Shown here: piece by piece, positions 55,700 to 64,000 of the stretch
How positions within the stretch are numbered: the first letter of the stretch is position 1
How the letters are laid out: the number at the start of each line of letters is the position of its first letter
Position numbers and translations under genes: made by a program
DNA from: Tubiluchus corallicola
Taxonomy: Eukaryota > Animalia > Priapulida
Direction: 5' to 3'
DNA: 64,000 bases
Assembly: GCA_030141605.1 (NCBI GenBank)
Contig: JAQGDQ010000404.1
Location: 146,952-210,951 of the forward strand
Notes under the pieces: generated by a model
The model's database searches: none
Seen by the model: the letters and a program-made list of their open reading frames with translations, nothing else
What the model was told of the DNA's origin: nothing

Positions 55700-57792
55700 T
55701 TTGATCAAGTTGTGGGAAGCATGAAGTACGATTTGTGACCAATGAGGAAAAGGAGTTTGTTCTTGGATAGTTAGGAATTAGTCATAATTTTCATGTTTTA
55801 TAGATTTATTACGTTTTTTCAGATTGTACCATCATATCTACACAATTCGATGATTTGACACTTAGTATTTTAGCTCTCCAGTGAACAACGGCATTATGGC
55901 AGCTGTTGAACGTGCTGGGGAAGAGAGTTCTTCTGAAATAGATATAGATGTGGAAAATGCCCCACTTCTTGATCCCTGTCATAGTTTGCATGTACAAAAC
56001 GAAACCAATCGGGAGAAACAGGTGATAATTTTTCTCACTCTCAGTTAGTTTTTTGTTGTTGCTCCTTTAGTCATCGTCGTAGTAGTAGATTTCAGCTATG
56101 TGATCTTTAAAGTTTAGTTTATTATCAAGTAATAATCCAAGGTCTTTCTCACAAGCACTAAAGTCCAGTTCTGCCGGTACACCACTAGTAACCAAGCATT
56201 CTCACTGATTGTTGAGGACGGACTTCTGTATATCAAGAGAACACACAAACTTTGATTCTCTGGAAGTTTAATTTTACATGTACTGCACACTTAAAATATT
56301 TACAAAATGTAGTTCAAAAAAGTCAATACTTTCGTGAATGTATTTAACTACACCACGGCCACAAGAGTTATAAATAGGTATATTATAACCCAGGATTGTT
56401 AACTCAGTTTTATCTATGTAATTTTCACCAGATTTAGAGTTCACCTCGGTAGTTGCAACTACACGATAAAGCGTAGAATCCTGATATAATTTTGTACTTA
56501 ATTCCTGTCTCTTGTTTAAGAATTGATCTGCATTAGTATACAAAACATTAATGTTTTTCCCAGAATAAGTCTTAACTTTATTCCATGAGTTACAATCTCT
56601 CTTCGGATGCTGTTTACTGCAACCTATTTCTTTTTCTTTTTCCATTCGTAAACAATTCCTCTGGCATGATTGATGCTCCAGTTTCTTGACAGCTCACGTT
56701 TTTTCTTTTCTTCTAATTCCTTATGAGCACCTTTCTTTCTTCACGAGGTTTGAATGTTAAATCTGGCCGCACAAACATATTTCCAATTTGACGATTGTCT
56801 GAATCACAAATCTGGCGATATACTTCTAAAATCCTTGTTTTATCTGCATAAGACTCAACTTGGAATTTGAGCATATCGTTACCTTTTTGATCTTTAGCTT
56901 TCAGGCGAAATATATTGGTAACCGGCTTTACATTACTGACACCAATTTTATCCAAGAAGGCATTTATCATCTCATCGTTTATTTGCTGTAGCTCATGCTT
57001 GCTTAAATTAGAATCCACAGTGGGTACATTTCCTAACACAAGCTGACTTTTTACTTGCACTTCATTTATTATTTGGGAATTCACCTTACTTTTAATGATG
57101 TTGTCAATCGAGTCTTCTAGCTCGCCAACTTTTGCAGATACACCCATCACGTTGTCTGTACAACTATGAACATCATCAGTAATTTTATCTACTCCAGCCT
57201 TTAGTGTACGATGTTGTTCCTCTAATTTAGCAACAGATGACAATATCGAAGAAAAAGTGGTGTTACATTTGTTACAATACCAATGCAGATTCCCTTTAGT
57301 AAGTATTTTATAGGTATCTCGCATTTTACATGACGCCAAAAGCAACATATTTCACACTGCAAGGCCTGATCATCACTCTGTACTTCCGCACTACATGATC
57401 CACACTTACTAGACAAATCAGCACTGGTATCATCAAAAGGATTGTTTTCCATACTAGCTGATAACTGTTGATTACTGTAGCTACCCTTATTCAGAGATCC
57501 TGTATGCTCCCATAAAAATCGTTTTGACTGAAATGACAGCCCCTTTTGTAGTTGACGACAACATTAATCACCCGCATACAAGTAATGCACTTTGCATTTT
57601 GAGCATGGAGTCTATCGCGTAATCACTATATGGCTCATTATGACATTATGTGACAGTTGTTGTTATCACTTTATTTTTGCAGAAATTTATAAAAAAGTTT
57701 GATAATATGGTCGAAATTGTATGAAAAATTAGAATTTGTAATTAACGTGGGGAAAAAACACGTCCATGTGGAACCACCGTGGCGCCATTTGA
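55700..57792 (-). mobile_element. Internally deleted CR1 LINE: ORF1 (PHD finger, coiled coil), start of endonuclease, RT C-terminal remnant
   Basis: PHD CGSC...LQCEICCFWRHVKC | WYCNKC split by a frameshift at ~57320; VRPDLTF..REERK; endonuclease LYTNADQFLNK...TE...GRGV; EKDLGLLLDNKLNFKDHI at ~56100-56170. Confidence 0.8.
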
Positions 57793-58519
57793 AGAAAGTT
57801 ACAATGTTATCATGACAGATTTTTTGGCATTCCAAAGACCTTCATATTTCTCCTACAATTATACAGCTCGATAGCATCTGCACTTCCCCAAAATTGTTCT
57901 ACCATTCTTACTTCTGTGATAGTGAATCATCTTAGCAAAATTAATGTTGAGTTACTTCACAGAATAATACAGCTCACATTTTTGTACCAGCTAATCAAAA
58001 ATACAAACCATGGTGGTATACCAGTGTGTTTATTCTTGGCATAAATATTTTGAAAACAGTTTAGGCTAATTAATAGACAGAAATAATCAGTCACCAAGAG
58101 ATACCCAATCAGAAATCAATAACCATTCACGTTCTATATTCTAGATATTTTTGTGTTCACACTTGAAGAAGATTATAACCATTGTCTTGATATCATGAAA
58201 AGAAAAACCGCCGAAAAGTGGTGTTTAGTAGAGTACAAAAATATTTCGATCGTTAATTGTATTTTCTTTTTATTATGGTAATTATTTACTATGAGCGAGC
58301 TTGCAGGCTGAAGTTCTATATGTGGTACTTGTAGCATTAGTCTTCATTAGTGTTATAATTTGCATTTAGTTTTTTTAGGCTGTCTTTCAATCTCTCTTAC
58401 AGCTTAGCAGCCTAGTGGTTTCAGTTCCATACTTGGTTTAATGTGGCACCATTTACTATCTCGTTCACTTTGCTATTATGCATTGTTTTAGTTAGTTATG
58501 TCTAAATGACATACTTTGC

Positions 58520-59861
58520 AGATACAAAAGGAAACTTCCTTGCTCATAAGGATCGACCTGTCAGCTGCATTTGATACTGTGGACCGGGCATGTAGTACTG
58601 CTAAATATATTAGAGATTAAATTTATCATCAGGGACTTGGCACTTCAATGGTTTAGTTCTTAAAAACCGTGATTATTATGTTTCTGTAAATCACACTCTG
58701 TCAGATTCGGTAGCTTTACCATTTTCTGTTCCACAACGTTCTGTAACTAGTTCCGTATTATTTACGTTATATGCCAGTACATTAGAAGATAGCTTTCTGT
58801 CATGATAAATGTCAGTTGCTATACTGATGATCACAGTTTCACTTCTAAACTTAAACCAGTTTCATATGTGTCAAAACAAAATTGTGCTGCAACCATGCAA
58901 ATGTTTCTGCAGCAAGTCAAAGATTGGATGAGTGCAAACAGCTTAAAGGATGAACTTTGATTAAACAGAAGCTATGGCTTTTAGTTCACAGTTTTATGAA
59001 AGTACACAGAATTTTAATAGTAATGATGTATGTGAATCTCATATTCTACTCGCTAGCAGTGTGAAACATTTAAGCATTATGCTAGATAACAGATTATCTT
59101 TTTAAGATTATATTCTGGAAAAGTGCAAAACTGCTGATTATGCATTATTTCAAGTTAGGAAACTTCATCATTATCAGTCATTAGGACCTGCAAAAATGAT
59201 TACCTACTCGCATGTAATTGGTCATTTTGATTATTGTAATTCACTCTTGTATGGTCTTCCGGAGAGTTCCATATTACTGCAGAGCATTCAAAACCAGGCA
59301 GCTAGGGTAGTTTTGTATAGCTACGAAGTTTCGACTAAGCAAGCCCTTAAAATTTTACGTTGGCTGCCATACAGGTACAAAATCGCATTTAAAATTCTGT
59401 GCTTTGTACACAAATGTTTACACAATATAGCGCCAGGTTATTTGTCAATTCTTCTTAATGTAAAAGCTTTCTAAGTTCGGACACGCTCCAGTGCCCAGGC
59501 TAAACAGGGTATAATTTTAGAAGTACCCTTTAATTTTGTAAAACTTTTGCAGACAGATCTTTTCCTGTACCTGGCCCAAGAGAAGGAAACAAACTCTATT
59601 TTGATTTGCATTGTTGCACTAAATTTAATGTGTTCAAGAAAAATCTTAAGATTCATCTGTTCATTTTAGCATTAAAATTTTTAACTTAGTTTGGCACAAC
59701 TATTATATAACTTTATACTGCATACAGTGCTTTGATTTAAGAATTCACTAGATTTTATAGGGATCTGAATATAATTTTTAACTATAATGCTGATTTTGTT
59801 GCTATGTGTTATAGAATGCTGTTTATAGTTAATGACATGATACAAATTGTGTAATAATAGC

Positions 59862-59892
<31 letters not shown>
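58520..59892 (+). mobile_element. Decayed L2-clade LINE
   Basis: DLSAAFDTVD, FDYCNSLLYGLP, QSIQNQAARVV, LRWLP, HKCLHNIAPGYLS; (AAT)n tail at ~59862-59892. Confidence 0.8.
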
Positions 59893-59949
59893 GTGATTGT
59901 GGTCATAATGGACCATATTTGTTATTAAGGACATTCTTAAGACTCAACT

Positions 59950-60520
59950 GGCAGATACATCTTAGTGAAGTATGGATGTAAGTACATCCTCCGTAATGGA
60001 GGAATAGTCAGCACATTACAAAAGATTGATGAGATGCAGCATTGTTTACTTTCATGGCCGATCAAATGCTATGACTACTCAGCTATTTCTTCGCCGCAGC
60101 AAGGGACAATTAGGCTATATAAGCGATCATATGTACATGAATGTGATATCCACTTTCCAAATCTACCACTCATACCCATTGAAATATTAGCAGATCAGAC
60201 TGCTTAGAACCTGCTCATTTGAAATAGTGTGTGATCACGAGATGATGCATTGACTGCCAAATACATGTCATGAAATATGAACACTGTCCTGTGAATGCAA
60301 TCGTATCATTGCTGTTTGTCAATTATCAGCTTGAAGGTGTTTTTAGTCTTTTGAATTTAATTGTGCTATGTGAAAGCATCCAGTTGTCTATTGCTGTAAC
60401 ATCAGTACTGTTATGACTGCTGGGAATATCATTGTGGAGTATTTGGAACTGGATAGGTAATTTAGGTGACTCTTGACATCTCACTGACATTCACCAGTGA
60501 TGAGTGTGTATGAAATAGTT
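59950..60520 (-). pseudogene. Possible decayed hAT transposase fragment
   Basis: Minus-strand relics STDVTAID (cf. DETTDVS..EQL) and MSGRFGK (cf. MSG...GV), interrupted by stops. Confidence 0.3.
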
Positions 60521-62299
60521 TTTTTGTTGCTGTGGATGCTGATGGCTGTTGAGAATTATATTCAGATTAAATAATTCTAGAGGAATACTGATTTTGTCTG
60601 GATATTTTCCTTCAATTGCTCTTTTGTCAAATGTCAAAGCGAAGAAAAGTGTTATAGCTATTCAAAAGTTTCAAAAAATTCAGCTTAAAAATTATATTGT
60701 TTTATATAACAAGCTTATAGTTATACAATAATCTTACTAAGAGAAAACTTACTTTGTTTTCATTTTAAATCCATCTGCAGAACCTCTACATAGGTAACAT
60801 TACAGGTGCACGGTTACAAAGCGGCAGGACTTGTCCCTTGCAATCTGATCAGTTTTGAAAAAAGTATCGATTTTCTTGTAAATGGCCCAGCAGTTGTGAA
60901 ACTTGTGATATTCAGACTCTTCACCTGTTTTTGTTTCCATTTGTCTGCTGCTAAAACTTTTTGTGCAAGCACTAATTGTTACACATCTCTAAGATAAAAT
61001 CAAATTATAACAACTTTGATGGAAAATTATTGTGTGCTCAAGACATAAATGTGTCAAATGATCATAGGTTACACACCCTTGGGCAATTTTATACATATTT
61101 ATTTCAGATTTCATACTTTGCAACTATTATAATCGCAGATTTAGTTTTAACTGTTCGCTATCAGAACTTTCCGGATAAAGTTGTATTATTAAACAATAAT
61201 TCGGCGTTTTATGTTTCAAGAGATATTTCGGTTTGCGTTGATTTGGAAATGTTCTAAAAAACCGTGACTTTTCATTCGTCACGCCCCCTCTTAATCGCGT
61301 TGCAAAGATCATTCCCTTGACAAGCTGGCAATCTGCACACTAATTTTAACGCTGGCTCGGATTATTGTACTTTAGCACTACGACCCGTATGTACTTCGAT
61401 TATTCTGTTTGGTGTCGTGTCAACCTGTTATGTACAGACCATTTTGCACACAGCAAATCGATGCGTTAAGTACTAGTTCATTTATTTTCATTAAACAATG
61501 GTGCAAGTAGCGGCACTATAGCGTCAGTGTGTGTAAGATTAAATCGCCGTCCAGTATTTTATTCGCCAGCACAACTTACACGTATAGAATAATAATTCAC
61601 TGCTGCCTGTTGAATGTTAACTACTGCTGGTTTATACGTACTGTTGTTTTTGGCTTATAACCGAGGACATCCTGTGATCAGCCGTTGTGCATGTGATCAG
61701 TTGATTTCTAGTCAGCCTCGCTTCTCTTGTTGCTAAGCACTGCCGGCCAGTGGTTCAACTCTTTTATTAGTGGCCGCTCTTTGTTAACGCGCGCGAGGTT
61801 ATGTGCTTAAACAGCTGCCTAGCTGGTCATTGTGGTTTGTTTGGTCACTGGTGCCTGAATGTGATTGTTTAGTCAAAGCTCTGGTTATAACAGCTGTGTC
61901 ACTTGTGTCTTGACTCTTTTATCTCTTGTACTTCGCATTAATGCGTCGTTACGGTAAATTTCTGCGAAGGTGATTAAGACAGAGGAAGCCAATATTGTTT
62001 TATTTAGTTAACAGTATTTATCGAGCACTGTTTAGCGGAAGGAAGTACATTTGACCCACCTTGTGAAGTGACCAACACTTGCTTGCATTTAGATAAAGAG
62101 AGCAACCTCTATGGTGTGCGGATTAACCCTCCCACATTTGAAGACCTGCTTGACAAATACTTAAACTCACCTGTGGTGCTTGTCAGATGAACAGAAGTTC
62201 TTGACGCCGTTTTTGGTTGTGGGTTGTTTTAGGTCTGCTTGAGATCTTCTTGGTTTAGATGTCTTGCAAGTTATGACAAAATTTATAGAACTGGAAAAT

Positions 62300-62428
62300 A
62301 TGTCAGGAACAGAACAAGGTGAGTTAGACGTGTCATATGACCGTAAGTATGAAGCAGAGGAGAGGACCCAGATGCTGACAGTGGCAGATGGGGGTGAACG
62401 CCAGGAACCGCCTCACAAGAAAACAGAG
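62300..62428 (+). CDS. Putative first coding exon of an unidentified gene continuing beyond the window
   Basis: Acceptor TTTATAG at 62288, AATATG start, MSGTEQGELDVSYDRKYEAEERTQMLTVADGGERQEPPHKKTE, phase-0 donor GAG|GTAAAT; purine-rich relative to the flanks. Confidence 0.45.
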
Positions 62429-63359
62429 GTAAATGTGTCTCCGCCTTATTTTTTGCTCGTTACTACAAAAGTCGCTGTCTGAGTATGTTTTTCTTTCGTC
62501 TGATATTAATTCGGTAAAGCAGGCTTAGGTACTGCTTGTGTGAACATTCTGATACTGTTTTGATACTTTTTCTGTGTTCCTGAACGACGAATGACCTTTC
62601 AGTTGCTACTCAGACTATGTAAATGGAAGCTTGTAGTTAGTTAATGATAATGATAACTCAGTATGCCAGTTGTCACTGCCAATCGCACTTTGTCATATAA
62701 TTTTAAAGCAACGTGGTGACCACGCTTGCTTTGAGGCCTAGAACAAAAATATTTTGTGGAAATTTTTTTATTAATGCAGCTCTTGCTCTTTGAATTTCAA
62801 CGCGCTGCACGGTCTTGCGAAATTGCTTCGATTCCAGACACTAAACACCTGCATGTATAATGGTATTTGCTTTTTTATGTGTCTCTTGTGTAAGTTTTCA
62901 CAATTGTTTTGATTTTAAAGCCTGCATACATACTAGTACATATATCTGCTTTCTTGTGACTGCACTCTGAAAATTTAAAGTCCTGTTTATAGTAGTCGTG
63001 CTATTCTCAGAATTAAAAGAAGTTTGTTTGCACAATGCTTTAAAAAAGAGATGCAAATGCAGCAACGCAAAGGATTTTTAGGCTTCTAAGCTCTGTTCTT
63101 AACAACTGGGCCTAAACAGCATTTCTGTATATCTACATAAAGCTGGCCTACACGATTTTGTTTAAGTCAACTTTTTGGAAATTCTTTCATGGATACCAGT
63201 CCTGTAAGTGCCTTCATTGTTTGAACGCTTTTGTAAAATTTATATGCTTTTGAGTTATGTAGCTGTGGTAGAAGCAAACACGTATTTAGCTGCAGTAATT
63301 AGAAAATTCGGTTCACGAAAAAGGCTGTTTCAGAATTTATGCATGCGTGTACTATGTAC

Positions 63360-63780
63360 TATAATAATAATATAATAATAATCTTTTATTTATCTTTTAA
63401 CACACACAGTTACAATACAATTAATTTAGCAACAAAAATGTGAAGAAAGGGCAGCGAAAGACCAATTGGTCATCTAGTCAGCTGCCCTTTGGTTAGTGAT
63501 GAACATTTTTAAAGGCGCTATGCTACAGTGTATTAGTGTTAGTACTGCTTATAATAAAAATTAAATTGTTAGGAATGACATAAAATTGATAATGATATGC
63601 TTATAATGTGTTAGTACAATTCATACACAGTAATAATAAGTGCATAATAATAATAATAAAAAAATCAAACTGAAGATAACTGAAATAAGGACTGAAACAA
63701 GAACTGAAATAAAAATCTGACATCAGGAACATAATAACAATGGCAACTGAAATTTACTTTATAACGCAAGCATAATGTAA
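63360..63780 (-). mobile_element. 3' UTR fragment of the same LINE family as 52430-55697
   Basis: Reverse-complement copy of the 55525 stem-loop at 63445-63490; poly(A) signal and (ATT)n tail at ~63360-63390. Confidence 0.7.
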
Positions 63781-64000
63781 AAAAAAAAAAATACAGAGCG
63801 ATTTTTGATGATCTGATGTAAAATAAATTGGCAGATAGTTAGAGCACAAAAAATTACCTGTATGACTGCATGAGGAGATTGACAATTGGAGTCCAGACTT
63901 TGAAAATGATCTACAGAAGTTAGACAATAAACAATTAAATATGGAAGTTAATTGATCCTGCTATAACAGTAACTGCTCTTGCAAAAGGAATAAAAGTTGT

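Overview
Eukaryotic, AT-rich invertebrate (metazoan) genomic DNA with spliced genes scattered among many transposon relics. No prokaryotic systems or CRISPR arrays. Genes reconstructed by hand from GT-AG splice sites and reading phase: first coding exon of TMEM26 (-, 9349-9539, rest not found in the window); a heparan-sulfate 3-O-sulfotransferase with a single coding exon (-); a 2-exon secreted, probably GPI-anchored divergent LRR protein (-); MORN4 (-, 3 coding exons, 147 aa), head-to-head with a 5-exon divergent alpha-tubulin (+, 449 aa); a 3-exon Ly6/three-finger (quiver-like) GPI protein (-); a rhodopsin-class GPCR with a single coding exon and altered activation motifs (-); and a probable first coding exon of an unidentified gene near 62.3 kb (+). 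Mobile DNA includes a young 5'-truncated RTE LINE with a perfect 12-bp target-site duplication, several decayed CR1/L2/RTE LINEs (one with a PHD-finger ORF1), pogo-like MITEs, a foldback-like family with 15-bp subterminal repeats, and 5S- and tRNA-derived segments. The most notable observations are a LINE 3' stem-loop present three times with compensatory base changes, the VLR-like GPI-LRR protein, the DQY GPCR, a three-layer nested transposon, and the divergent alpha-tubulin. I found no clearly new multi-gene system. Family assignments come from recalled motifs, not database searches.
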